Source: Callorhinchus milii (lineage: Eukaryota). From it: a stretch of DNA of 64,000 nucleotides. A program made the translations under genes and the position numbers. Location of the stretch: NCBI RefSeq assembly GCF_018977255.1, contig NW_024704743.1, positions 23,066,001 through 23,130,000 on the forward strand, in the 5' to 3' direction. Positions 1 to 13,169 of this stretch are shown piece by piece. Numbering within the stretch: position 1 is the first letter of the stretch; each line of letters opens with the position of its first letter. The notes beneath the pieces were generated by a model, which saw nothing but the letters and a program-made list of their open reading frames with translations, did not search any database and was not told where the DNA came from.

Positions 1-47
1 AGACTCTACCCCGCTTGAAGGGTGTTATATAAATGCAAATGGTTGTT
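1..47 (+). mobile_element. L2 LINE 3' terminus (partial)
   Basis: gaagggtgttatataaatgcaaatggttgtt matches the L2-type tails at 31545, 50950, 53575 and 63518. Confidence 0.6.
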
Positions 48-360
48 CATATTTTGAGTGTACGGGACATTGTTCTGATTTGCTCTTGAACAGATACAGT
101 TCTATCTCAACTTTATATGTGATTTCAATCTACTCAACATGCAGATTATCACATTCTTACTGTATTTGGTAAAATATTTTATTCTTTCCTCCCTGATTCT
201 AAGATCATCCTGTCCTGTGCACCATGCCCTGAGCAATGCTTTAGGCAGGGAACCAGTTTCAAACTCTCTCACAATCCTTATCTGTGACTGGCCACTAGGA
301 GCAGAAGATGGAGAACAGAAGGTGAAGTTCCACTCCAAGGTTCACTCCCTCCCTATAGGT

Positions 361-570
361 AATCATAGAATCATAGAATTATAAAGCACAGAAGGAGGCC
401 ATTTGACCCATCGTGTCTGTGCAGGCTCTTTGAAAAGAACTATCCATTTCAATCCCACTCTCCTGCACTCTCCCCATAGCCCTGCAAACTTTTTCTCCAC
501 AAATAATTATCTACTTCTCTCTTAAAAGCTGTTATCGAATCAACTTCCACCACCCTTTCAAGCAATCACT
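361..570 (-). mobile_element. CR1 LINE 3' end/3'UTR fragment
   Basis: catagaatcatagaatt repeat tail and aagcacagaaggaggccatttgaccc stem typical of CR1 3'UTRs. Confidence 0.7.
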
Positions 571-672
571 TGACTTTCTACTCATCCTACCTCTGTGACC
601 TCCTTCAACTCAGCCGCTTCCTTTGTTTAATATTAATACCAATATTAACAGTATTGTTAAATGCCTTTAACA

Positions 673-960
673 ATAGCTTGCATTTCTGCAGCACCCTATA
701 TCTGAAGTGCTTCACATAGTTGGTGCTGTACACTATGTAGGGGCTGGGTGGGAAGGAGGGAGGTGACTCTAGACATGGTCAAAGTGGAAGGTTATTAGGT
801 TTTGAAGACACAGAGAGAAAGAGGGGCAGAGGGAGAGAGTTCCATAACGTGCGGGCATGGTGGGTGATGGCTCACCTGCCGACGGTGGGGCAGAGGGACT
901 GGGGACACACAGCAAATGTGAGTTTGGTGAGCAAAGGGGAAAAGTAGAAATGTGAGGTTA
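673..960 (-). mobile_element. L2 LINE 3' fragment (left part, split by CR1 insertion)
   Basis: Purine-rich L2 3' region with tail gcttgcatttctgcagcacc; continues at 2222-2545. Confidence 0.6.
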
Positions 961-2221
961 GACCATAAAACCATAAGACATAGGAGCAGGAGTAGACCAT
1001 TCAGCCGCTCGAGCCTGCCCTGCCATTTAATATAATGGCTGATCTTCTAACCTAATTCCATTTACCCGCCCTATCCCCATATCCCTTAATCCCTCTATCC
1101 TTTAGAAATCTATCAACCTCAATCTTGAATATGTTCAAGGACTGAGCATCCACAGCCTTCTGGGGTAGAGAATTCCACAAATTCACTATCCTCTGAGTGA
1201 AGAAATGTTTCCTCAACTCAGTTCGCAAAGGCTGACCCTTAATCTTGAGACTATGAATCCTAGTTTTAGATTCTCCAACCAGGGGAAACAGTCTCACGCC
1301 ATCTACCCTGTCAAGACCCTTAAGAATCTTATAAGTTTCTATAAGATCACCTCTAATTCTTCTATGTTCTAAAGAACATAGGCCTAGTTTACTCAACCTA
1401 TCCTCATAGGTTAACCCCCTCATCCCAGGAACCAACCTAGTGAATCTACGCTGCACTAAGGCGCGAATATCCTTTCTTAAATAAGGAGACCAAAGATGCA
1501 CACAATATTCTAGGTGCAGTCTCACCAAGGCCTTATACAACTGCAGCAAGCCTTCCCTACTCTTGTACTCTAACCCTTGTGCAAAGAATGCCAACATGGC
1601 ATTAGCCTTCCTAGTTGCTTGCAGTACCTGTATACTAACTTTTTGTGACTGGTGTAAAAGGACACCAAAATCCCTCTGAACAGTAACGCTGCCTACTCTC
1701 TCCCCCTCTAGAAAATAATTCGCTTTTCTATTTTTACTACCTAGGTGAATAACTTCACACTTCCCCACGTTATACTCCATCTGCCACCTTCTTGTCCACT
1801 CACCTAGCCTGTCTGTTTCCCTTTGCATTTTTTGTGTGTCATCCTCAAAGCTTACTCTCCCACCTATCTTCATATCGTCCGCAAATTTAGATGTATTAAG
1901 TTCTATTTCCTCATCTAAATCATTGATATATAGACTGTAAACAATGGAGGCCCAAGCACTGATCCTTGTGGCACTCCACTAGTCATATCCTGCCAACCTG
2001 TGAAGGACCCGTTTATCCCAACTCTCTGTTTTCTTCCTGTTAGCCACTCTCCAATCCATGCTAATATATTGCCTTTAATTCCATGGGATTTAATCTTATG
2101 CAACAGCCTTTTATGTGGCACCTTGTCGAATGCCTTCTGGAAATCCAAATACACCACATCTACTGGTTCCCCCCTAACTAACCTGTTAGTTACATCCTCA
2201 AAAAGCTCTATAAGATTTTTA
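961..2221 (-). mobile_element. Young 5'-truncated CR1 LINE: ORF2 reverse transcriptase C-terminal half plus 3'UTR
   Basis: ORFs 1915-2280 and 1052-1873 give YLDFQKAFDKVPH, SGVPQGSVLGP, (F)ADD, RLHLEYCV and FFTQRIVNLWNSLP. An extra AT dinucleotide near 1926-1932 separates the two frames. 3'UTR ends in a tcttatg/tttatgg repeat. Confidence 0.95.
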
Positions 2222-2545
2222 AATGATGGGGAGGTTAAAGGTTGGGGAAGATCACAGAGATAGGGAGGAATGGGGGGCATGAGGAGTGAGGATCTCGAAG
2301 TTGATCCACTGGGAGACAGTGGTGTATGATGAAAATGGGGGGCTTTGTGTAGGTAAGGATCCAGGCAGCTGAACTTTGGATGAGCTGGAGATTGCAGATG
2401 GTAGAGCTGGGGAAGCTGGTGAGGAGGCTATTGGAAATGTTAAGTTTGGATGTGACAGAGGGGTGAATGAGATTTGACTGGGGTAGAGGCGGATAATGCG
2501 CTGAAGATACAGAAAACCAGTCTTGGTCAGGGATCCGATGTGAGG
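2222..2545 (-). mobile_element. L2 LINE ORF2 fragment (right part)
   Basis: Degenerate match to the L2 'LQ.IQNSAAR...LHWLP...FKIL' region seen intact at 34045-34290 and 59668-60021. Confidence 0.6.
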
Positions 2546-5059
2546 GAAGAAAGAGAATACTCTGAAGGTCTCTAATTTATGTTATTTGTTATTTGACAGG
2601 ATTAATGAATAAGGAATCTGAGTCACGCAATTGCCAGTAAGCACAAGCATGTCAGGAAATCTAACTGAATTACAAGCAATCCCCTAATATTACGCATTAG
2701 GCTCCATTATCTCTTAAAGTGCTTCTTTCTCCTTCTGCTGGTAGGGGGTCTTTTGCTGCTGTGATTAATGGACCAGGCAGTGAACTGAAGCACTGGAATG
2801 CACTCGAGTTGATGGTCTTCAAAGGGACATGACGATAATTTTCAGTGTGGCAGTGGAATTAGCTTAACGGTGGGACCATCGTGTAGAAAGTAGAATAAAT
2901 GCCCTGATGTCAAGTCTGCATTCTCCACATTGGACAGTGGAGCTCGGATGCATTAATTCTGGTTACTGTCCAGAAATATGGCTACCAGATACAACCTTGG
3001 CAGAAATGTTGCTGCATAACAAGACCTGTACGTAAGAGGCTTTACAATGCATTGCTGGAAAGGAATCAGTTGGTAAGCACAGAGCGGCTGTCAATTACAA
3101 AGCTATCTTGCAGTGTGCATGACAGTAACTTCAAGTTTGGTGGCTGCTTCGGAGTTGCCTCCAGGCAGGTCCCAAATAAAGTTGCAAACTATCTCAAATT
3201 TAATAAGGTAGGTTATTAAAATGCAGAATAAATGTGCAGCACGATAAGTGCATTCAAATTATATTTTGAAATTGCAAATAGTGGGCTTTTTGGGAGTTAA
3301 AAAAAAGTGAAGCGTTTCTATTAGGTGATTCTCGGTAGATTTATTTTTCTTATATACATATTTTTCCCTTAGGAGACGCTGCTCTCATTGCCATCAATGA
3401 GAATTTATTTTCATCAGCCGATTGGAATGACTGAGGACCTGTTGGATAAGTTGTCACTGGCAGAGCTGTGAATGGCAGCCGGTGGGAAGGGTCACTTGCA
3501 TCCAGTTAATAGAAATGTCAAGATGATGAATGTATGTCCTGCTATTTCAATGCAGGTCTCTCTTTCCTTTGTCAATATTTTTTTTAGCTTTGCACTGTTT
3601 CTGTTTCAGTTTTTTAATTGAAGGTGTGCGTTATTCATAAATCGTATCCAGTGTGATCCTGGGTCACTACCTCTGTGAGCAGAGGGCTCAGGATTACAGT
3701 GATACGGATTCAACTCGTCCATATTCATGCGCTCTCACAAGCTCAGTTAACTCTTTAAATGCACATGGTTATGCTACTCACATGCACTCTGCAAAGGCCA
3801 ATAGTAATGCCATCCTTCTGGGAAAGTGCCTCCACATATTGCCTTTTGCAGCAAGTAAGGTAACCCTTTCATTACTGTAATGCAACAAGCAAGGTAATAT
3901 TTCAAATATTGCAATATTTTGATAATGCACTCATACCTTTACACCAATGTTTTTAATCAGCAATATGATTTGTGCCATTGTATTTAAGCTTTATACAATT
4001 CCCTGCTTTGGTCTAATTCTCCGTTCGAAGAAAACATTTGAAAGCATAAAAGTTCCAATTTGTTAAAGGATTAAATATAGGAATACTGTACTTTTCCCAG
4101 GTCAGTTCCATCACTACATTTGTCCAGAGATTCGAGAAGTTCTTTTGCCTGACAGTGGCTACGGTATATGGAGAGTAAGTTTTTGTTGTTGTGTCTGCTA
4201 GATGACAACCTCTTGTGCTTTACTCTGACTTTGATGCCATCAGCATTTACTGTTTCCTGCTAAATTACCTTGGAACAATTGGCATCTCACAAGTGTTCCA
4301 GGAAACATCTAAAAGCTCTAATGTGTGTATGAGTGAAACTCATTGGCGACAGTATTGTGGATTCATTGAAATATCATGTGTATTTGGACCAGGTAAGCCA
4401 AGGTGCCTTTCCTCCCTTTTAAAATCACATTTCCAGCAATACATTTTGCCCAACCGTTCTACTTTTACCTGCGTACTTCTCTCTCTTTTTTTCCCTCATC
4501 TTTTATTCCATAACCCACAAACAGTGGCTTCTGACTTAAACCTGTTCATACAATATTGAGGTGACTAAAGTGTCGCCGCTGCAAATTGGAGTGTGTGCAC
4601 AAAGGAACACATGTGAAATCCACACACATGCAGGAGTATTTGTTCCTTAAATAAGCGCAGTTTTGTTCCCTGCAGCAAGGAATTTGGACTGCCTGATTTG
4701 CAAGCTTTGTGCATTGCTAATCAGGCTTATATTAAAGTGCTTTATAGCATTATGACACAAAATTGTAATTAGCCCAATTAATGTCAGTGAAGTGAGGCAT
4801 CCTACAATAGCATGGCATGTGAAGAGCTTGGTATAGAACCACTATAAGAGACTTGAATTGAAAGCAGTACAGCTATTAGATGTATTTAGTTTACTCTTAA
4901 GAATTGCAAACGACTCAATGTCTCTCCAATGCAAGCAACAGAACCTAAATGTATTTCTGCTTGAGCATTCATTAATTAATCTGCTTCATGATGGGTTTTT
5001 TTCTTTTGATGTGGTAAGTAAAGGAGCTCATTTTCAATTGGAGCTCTCAGATACAATAA

Positions 5060-5378
5060 CTTGTCAGTCTGGCTCAATCCGTAGCATGGCTCTGGGTCAG
5101 AATGGTATGGCTTTAAGCCCTATTTGGCGACTTTGACCTCACAGTGTAGGCTGATGCTTCAGTGCATTGCTGGTAGGGGCTGCTCTGTTGTTGGAGGTGT
5201 TGTGCTATAGATGATGTCTCGTGGCCAATAATCCTTTAGATAGATTGATCATTCAGTTTTGGGCTGTTTGTGGAACATTTCTGTGCACAATTCTTACATT
5301 TCTCTAGAAATACGAACTAACTTCCAGCAAAGCGCTTTAAAATGTTTTGATGTTCTAAGGTGCTATATCAATTGCAAA
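5060..5378 (+). mobile_element. DeuSINE/SacSINE1-like SINE, degenerate
   Basis: taggctgatgcttcagtgc...ggaggtgttgt...gctgtttgtggaac...gctatatcaattgcaa; matches the full copy at 38936-39350. Confidence 0.65.
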
Positions 5379-5654
5379 GATGATTTAATAAGCATTCACA
5401 ACCGGATTTGTCATACAGGCAAAGAAAGTTCCTTCTGCTCAAACCTGATGAGAACCATGATGCTTACATTTCCCACATTAATTACAGTACAGTATCACTG
5501 AATCCAGCCCATGTCTCTGGTTCTTTATTTTCCCTGCCTGCTTGCTGGTTTGCCTTTTTGCTTCTTCTTCTCTTCACTTGCTTTCTCTCACTCACTTCTC
5601 AAAATACCCCCAGGGTTTTTCAGTAAAGTGCAGTAACAGTTTAATAGGTGAGCC

Positions 5655-5900
5655 CAGCAACCCATTTGCGCAGATCAATTGTCTACAAAGAGCCAGGAAA
5701 TGAATAAATCATTTAATCTGGGGGATTGTTGGCCAGGGCACCAGAGAAACTCCCTTCTCTTTTTGAATAGTACCATGGGATCTTTAACGTCCACCTGAAC
5801 AGGCAGACTGGATCTCCGTTTAACATGTCATCTGGGGGTTACCTTCTCTGACAATGCATTGCTTCCCCTAGTAGTGTACTGGAGTGTCAGCCTGGACTAT
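5655..5900 (-). mobile_element. DeuSINE/SacSINE1-like SINE
   Basis: ccatgggatctttaacgtccacctgaacaggcagac Deu-domain-like core on the reverse strand. Confidence 0.75.
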
Positions 5901-5901
5901 T

Positions 5902-6382
5902 CACAAGATCACAAGATTGGTTTGGATGAAGGTGGCCCATCTGATCTCATCCTTCCATAATAATAATAATAATGATAATAATCCTTGCATTTGATATAGC
6001 GCTTTTCACGTCTTCTAGACGTCTCAAAGCGCTTCACAGAATATGCTGTAAAGTGAATTGACTGTATATTTGTGTGAATACCCACCCTACCATTCCCCCA
6101 TCACAGCATCAAGCTGCTTTTTAAATAAGTTCAATGTCCTTGGCCCTACCACCCTTCCTGAATATCTGTTCCAGTCATTGATTACTCTCTAAGTAAAGAA
6201 CAAAATGATATCTGTCCTGAACTTGCCCTTTAGAATTCTAAATAAAAGTCCTCTTGTTTTACTGTTTTGTTGCATCCTATAGTATTGATCTGTGTTTAAC
6301 AATAACAAAACTTTTACAATCCTGTTTAAAATATTACATATCCTATGAGGTCCCCTCTGAGTTGTCTTCTCTTAAGACTGAT
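5902..6382 (-). mobile_element. CR1 LINE 3' fragment (second CR1 lineage) interrupted by SINE 3' half at 5960-6078
   Basis: cacaagatcacaag tail shared with 8990, 30040, 35962, 49815 and 52621; SINE (TAA)n tail nested inside. Confidence 0.7.
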
Positions 6383-7924
6383 TCAGTGAGAAAAGACACA
6401 TGAAATATTGTGATAAAAAGTCATGTCCTTAAGATCCTTTAATAAATCTATCATTATTTATCCCACAGGCAGCACAAGAAAATTATATGTCAATAGAAAA
6501 GATGGTTAGATACCAGCAGAAACATTGTTGAACTCCATAAACAAGCGTTAAAAACTGTAACCTATGTTAGTCATTTATTCACCCGTTGCATTCTGCACTT
6601 TTGAAGTTTTGTATCTAAAATGATATTAATAATGATATTGAGCAGTAGAAGGGCATAATCAGAGGTAACAATGATGTCTAGTAAACCTGTCAATATCCTG
6701 TTATTAATTCTTATGACAACAGCATCATATCAAATTCAGAAATAGATTCTACAGGCAGGAGAATAAAAAAAATCATGCCTGGAGGGATTTGCTATCTTCC
6801 AGCCATCAACCAAGCCATGCTTCTTTATCATATCCTAAAATGCATAAGATTCATAAAATCCCTCCCTAGGGTAAAAACACTAGGGTCTGACCTACCTAAA
6901 TAAGGCTTCTTAGCAGTACTGTACCTTTTACCCATGCTGTTAAAGGTATAAAATGTGGAAATGGATGATGCCATCTCCCCTCAGAATTAGATTGAGTAAC
7001 ACTAGAATCTTAAGCATCAGCTTTAATCATTTCCTACTCTAAAGAATTGCTTTTGCTCCGATTAATCATACATCAAAATCTATAATTTGCCGTGATTTTC
7101 ACATTTGTCATAGTTAACAATATTTAACATTGTTAAAGGCATTCAGAAACCGTCCACCAGACATTAAAACCTTCTTACACAAACTGGCTGTGGGAGTCAC
7201 TGTTGTACAATTGACAAACGTTTTAAGGGTTTAAAGTTAAGCAATTTAGAAAATAAAACACACAACTGGCCAAAATAGGTGGAGCTGAGAATGCAATGGC
7301 TTTGCTGTTTGGTTCCATTTAAAAATCATTGTGCAACATAGATCTACTTGTCTAATGCTGTCTACTGTTCATCTATTTTCAGAAGGTGCTCATTGCATTG
7401 GTGGGGTAATTTGGACCCTACTATGTGGAGTTTTCTAGGATAATAGTAACATTAATAATCCTTGCATTTGATACAGCACCTTATCATGATCTCAAAACAA
7501 CAGACTTATGGCGAAATTCCGTGACTTCCTCCGACTAAGTTTAGACCATCTTATCCCCCCACTCGCTTCTCCACCCCCTTGACACCTACCCCAAGGTTGG
7601 GTGCAAACGTTAAACTGTCCAGTACTTTGGGACGTCCTCCCGACGTGAAATTAAAATTTGTATTGTATTGTTGTACTGTGAAAGATAGGGACTGTGCAAA
7701 GAGCCACCTTGAGCAGGTGGAACTCGCCGAGAAAGTAAATAGTTGGAAAATGTGAATAGCAGCCTGAGCGGGCTGTTAGGGATCTCTGGGAAATGTCAGT
7801 GGGAGGTGTGAGATATAGTCTCCTGGAAAAAAGATGTGGGCAAGCAGCAGGTCATGCCCCTCGGTCTGACTACCGCAAGAGATCAAATCATTTCACACTA
7901 GTTCTGAAAGTTTGTGTTGTGTGA

Positions 7925-8282
7925 AACATCTTATCGTGTCATCAAAATGTCTCAAAAGTGCTTTACAGGATTTACTGTAACATGGATTGACTGTATTTTC
8001 TGGGCAGCCAGTTATGCACAGCAAAGTCCCATAAACAGCATGAAGTGAGCGACTAATTTTATTTAGGGGATTTGTGGGCCTTCTATTTTCAAGCGTGTCA
8101 TGGGACTTTGATATCCACCGTAACAGCCAGGCAGACGGAACCTTGGTTTAACGTTTCATCTAAAGGATGTCACGTCCAACAATACAACACCTCCCCACTC
8201 CACCCAGCACTGCATTGGAATGTCATCTTAGATTGTGTGAGTTAAAGTCCGGGTGTGCGAATGAAACCCACAACCTTCTGAT
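7925..8282 (-). mobile_element. DeuSINE/SacSINE1-like SINE
   Basis: Reverse match to 38936-39350 including aaacccacaaccttctga head. Confidence 0.7.
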
Positions 8283-8286
8283 GGTC

Positions 8287-8360
8287 TGTCTATCTCATTA
8301 TTATGAAATCCAGAGAGCAGGGCTACTAGTCCTCTGGATTTCCTAATAAAGAGATAAACA
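8287..8360. repeat. Inverted repeat, 29-bp arms (3 mismatches), 16-nt loop
   Basis: 8287-8315 tgtctatctcattattatgaaatccagag vs 8332-8360 ctctggatttcctaataaagagataaaca. Confidence 0.85.
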
Positions 8361-8414
8361 GCCGTTGAGGACTCAGCAATAAGATCAAATCACAGCGCAG
8401 ATGTCAGCCTTTGG

Positions 8415-8730
8415 GTCACAAGGTCCTCAATCATCTTCTTGGGACATTGAACTCACAGTCGAGGCTGACACTGCAGAGGTTGGAGGTGCTGTGCTTCTGA
8501 TGAGATGTAAAACTGTTATTTCAGGAGAATGTTAAAGATGGCACTATTTGAAAAGAGAAGGGAGTTTCTTCCAGTGTCCCAGCTTACAATCCCCCATATA
8601 AAATTGGTCACTCACTCCATGGCTGTTTGTGGAAAAAATGGCTGCTGCATTTACCCATAAACATACAATTACTACACTTGACAGCAATTCTCTTTGACAT
8701 TATAGTTGCTATAACAAATGCAAAGAATTA
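8415..8730 (+). mobile_element. DeuSINE/SacSINE1-like SINE
   Basis: gaggctgacact...ggaggtgctgtgcttctgatgagatgtaaaac...ggcactatttgaaaagag core. Confidence 0.7.
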
Positions 8731-11700
8731 TTAATTTTGATTATTATAAGCAAACTTTGTGTATAAGAATGCTTGAAATTGAAACACTAGGTCTGGCAAA
8801 ATTGCATAAGCTTAACTGCTGCATGTTTCTCTCTATCTGAATCTGATTAATTGGAAGTGAGGTCTATGCTAGGCACTGACCACTGTCTTTCACGACTTCA
8901 GGATTACATTTTGGTTACTGCAGTAACCTGTGGTGAAAATCAGGGTTCACGAAAATGAGCCAATATATCTAAAACAGCAAGAAGGATCACACAAGATCAT
9001 AAGATTGATTTTGCTTTGTTGCTGTTACCACCAGCTCGAATGTAGATCCCTGACTGTCCGGTGCCTTGGGACATCCTCCTGACATGAAAAGCGCTACACA
9101 AATGTAATTTGTTGTTGTCAATCAAGAAGGTCCCTTGGCCCATCTGATCTCATCCCTCCAAGAACACCCATACTACTGTGTGCCGACTACAGAATCAAAG
9201 TGCTTTTAAATGTGTTCCCAGGAAAGAGTGGATCACAGCACTATGCCAAAGAATGGGATTCTAGGAGACAGGAGTAGGGAATGTACCCTCTCACCAGCTG
9301 AGGCTATGTGTTTATTGAAACTTTGTGGAGCGCAGCTTCATGCTAATGATCAAATTGCTTCTCCCACCCCCTATGAAGTCAACACTGGTTTTGGAAAGCA
9401 CTTGTTTTACGGAGAGTTAACACATAGGAACGCCTGACAGCACCTTGCAGGTAATTGCTGTCAAGTGAGCTGTCAAAGATCCTTCAAACTGCTGCAGTAA
9501 TTGCAAACCTACCTGATAAGGCAAAGCGAGTCATGTTTATAGTGCCTAAAGAAGAATGCAAAGATGTGGAAAGGTTATTTCACAAGCTCAGAGTTATATA
9601 GAAATAAATGGTTCTTCCCCGGTTCAATACCTGAAATCACATTCCACATCAGCTTGTCCAAGGTTATCCACTGGAACAAAAATGATAGTCATCTGGAGTG
9701 GTATTGTACAAGGCTTGATGATCAAACGGGCACTGCAGCACCAGCTCATTGATTTCATCAGCAAGCCTTCCAGAGAGTTCATTCGGCAAAATTGCACTGC
9801 GACAGACTGGTGCTCTCAGGCAGATTAAGAAGGTGGCAATCCAGAAATCAGAAGAGGAGAACATGTAAATGTAACTGTACCAGTGGTCAGGAAATGTGTA
9901 TAGAGGGTGTGTGCAATCTCCAAAACTGGAAGTAAGAACGCGGGAATGTGTGCCGAATAAGTAGATTCTCTTGAAACAGTATGATATATGTAGACTAGAA
10001 CATCTTTCCAATCACAGGGATTGATTGTGTTTTTAGGAAATTTGCTTCCCGTTCATCCCCAGAACATATAGTCACTGCACTTTACAATAAATCCTGTGAA
10101 GTGCTTCGAGACGTCCACCTGACATGAAAGGCACTGTACCAAATGTAAGGATTATTATTAAAGGTAATGGTAACAGAATCTCCCCAAAAGCTGGAACAAA
10201 TATGCCTGATTTTCAGAAGGATCGCCTAGTCTATGCTGTTATTTAACTTGTTTAACTAACATAAAACTTCTAGTTTTTTTTTAGTTGACGCCATTGCAAT
10301 ACTTAAGCCCACATACCTGCATATGTGCGGAATGGCACTTAATCAAGGCAGTCCCTGGGGTCCAAAGTAAAAGCTTTGACTCCGCTTTTGTGCTGCCTTT
10401 CAGACCTGCAAGGTAAAGATGTATAAAACTACTTCTACTTTACATGCAGCCAAATTTACCTTCATTGTTATGCGCAATTTAATCACTTCCCTGTCTTTCT
10501 GATCACAGTCAGTCCCCATGCTCAGATGTGCAGTATTTAGCACTTCTTGAACTGTCATCAGACCCACCATTCTTATAGTTGCACCGTGAGATGCTGTGAA
10601 CAGTATGACAGCTGTGCATTTCATCCTGTGGGATCAAAAACAAGATGAATCCTAAAAGGCTTAAATATGTGTTGAGTTCTTAATGGAACAAAAGAAGCCT
10701 TCTGTTAAATAAGCGTTAGGAAAGATTGAAGAATAAGTGAATGCTTGAATGGTTTTACAGAAACCTTTCAACATAAATTATTTTCTGATTGAAAATACTA
10801 GAGCTAGCTTGGTTTTCCTCTCTAGGGTATTTTATAATATAGGTTTATATGAGATATTGCAGGACAAGTTTCGTTAAACATTTCTTCACTCTTGGCTGTC
10901 TTGCACCACTAATCTGATCCAAGAATGCCTCACCAATGTGGTGCTAAAGGTTTTTAATTCATTAACACCACATACACTTCACAGAATACTGCATTTCCCC
11001 ACCCTATGATTTCTCCAGGGACGTCAGTGTGCAGAATAATGCTGAATAATAGTGTTTTTACAATGATACGAGTTAATGCGTAGAATACCAGATACTTGGA
11101 AATAATTGCAGGGTTTTAGTCAAACAGAGATGTGCACATTGTGTTACAGGCCACAGGAGCAAAGATTGAAATGTGAAACATATGCCTAAACTAAGATAGG
11201 CTTACAATTATGAAATTCTTTCCTATGTCAGCAATTATATCTAATGTGGTCTAATATTCATTTTAGACATTTTTTTGCAAATAGCACATCCGTTTCGCCC
11301 ACAAAATATAGTCAATTCACTTTACAATACACTCTATGAAGCGCTTTGAGACGTCTCAATGACGTGATGATATCAAATGAAAGTATTATGGTTGTTTATT
11401 ATTATTATCCTGTGTAACCAGAAATGTGCCTCTGGAACTACTCAGAACTCAATCTCAGTATCAACATCCAGTGTAAATTCAAAGGACATTCTGTGTCTGA
11501 ACGGCAAACAATCCACATCCGTTAGAGTACATACAAATCTTTTAATGCACATTTCAAATTGACAACCAATGAGCATTGCTTGAAATGTATGTTGGTATTG
11601 TTTGGATATTATATTTGTTTTATCAGTTTCTGTACCTGTGCCGAATACTCTCTGGAATTAGGTAAGCAAAAAACAAACTCTTAGCATATGTGTGTTGCAT

Positions 11701-13169
11701 TTACTTTGCAAAGGCTGTCTGACATTCAGTGGTAACTATGCAGAGGTGTTTCTATTGCCTCTGGAGGCATGGAATACATCTTCTGCAGACAGCAGCACCA
11801 AAGGTAAAGAGTTGTAGTTACCATGGCCTCTGACACACCTGAGAGCTCAGCCGCAACCAGCCCAGCAAAGTGATAGATCCAGTGATAGAGACAGCTCCTT
11901 CAGCCACATAATGAAGTTCCAATTTGAGACTTGTGCAAAGACGAGGTGGCATGTTTACAGGCATAAAAAATCTGTTTACCATCTTGCAGACGGTGATGCA
12001 TGCCCGTAATGAGAAGTCCCATTAGTGTCCAATACCAGCAACATAAAGCCAAAAGGAATTTTTACGCAATAGTTGTTAACCTTTGTTTCTTTATGGTTGA
12101 AATTCATCTTGCAGTGCAAATAGGATTCATTTTCCAGGACCAGAGGCTCGGGTTTTGCAGAGACACTTCTAATTTAAATGCCTATGTAATACTTTTGCAA
12201 TCCAAGTGCAGTATTGGAGTCTCTCCATGACCTCCATGGCCTTGATATGCAATAATGTTCATACATGGTATTAATGGTTTTTCATGTCATTACTGCAGCC
12301 TTAGGAAGAAATGATCTCCAGGGGATTACCGGGAAATTCTGTGTCCAGCACATATTACAAAAGTATACTTCTTCATTGCTCAATTTGTAGAAAGGATCCA
12401 ACACAAATTATACAGTGCATCAAGCCATTTCACTGTTGATATGTTTTGGTCTGACTTTGCAAATGCTACTTGAATCGTTTTGTCCTGGAGGTGGATTTGA
12501 CAAGCAGATGCACATAAATTAGGATAAGATGGATTTATGAATGAGGTCAGATGAAAATTGAGGCTATTTTATATTCAATTTACATTTCAGTGATAACAAC
12601 GTGTTAAAAATGTAATGAATGAAATAATCGTTCTCTTGTTAAAATGTAAAAAATTGAGCTTTAGTTCTGTACATCAATCCTTCCTGTTAACTAGCACAGT
12701 GAGTTGTAGCCACAAGGTTTAGATGTTATTCATGTCTAAGGCTTGCTATAAAACAAAGAATCACCAGAATCCGCCAGAAGTTTTGTTTTGCCTTGCTAAT
12801 ACCTCACAAAGTTTGCAGCTGTTATCTGGCCTCCAGAGGCATCATAGCAAGCACCTTTTAAATGGACCATATTGCTACTGAAACAGATTGTATTTGTTCT
12901 ACCGACCAGAGTCAGCATGAGCTACCTCACAAACCAGATGGTTCCCCAAATCAATTGAATAACTTCTCCCGATTGTACCTTATTCAGATCAACTCCAATT
13001 TGAAGCTTTCTACCACTAACTCTCTGATCTCCAGACCCCCATATGTTCCGTGGATTATATTCATGAGCTGTTTCTATCAAAAAAAACAAGTTATTCACCC
13101 ATTATCAGTCACTCGCAGTGAGGAAATGGAATCCACTGACTGGCAAATTCCAGCCCACATCACCTGTTA

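Noticed and set aside
1052..1873. 273-aa ORF as a host gene
   Set aside because: It is the CR1 ORF2 C-terminus with the LINE 3'UTR attached
3373..3471. Exon-like unit with RIYFHQP resembling a ClpP motif
   Set aside because: Terminates in-frame; match too short and flanks do not fit
5440..5470. ctgatgag as a hammerhead core
   Set aside because: No stem II or GAAA at the required spacing
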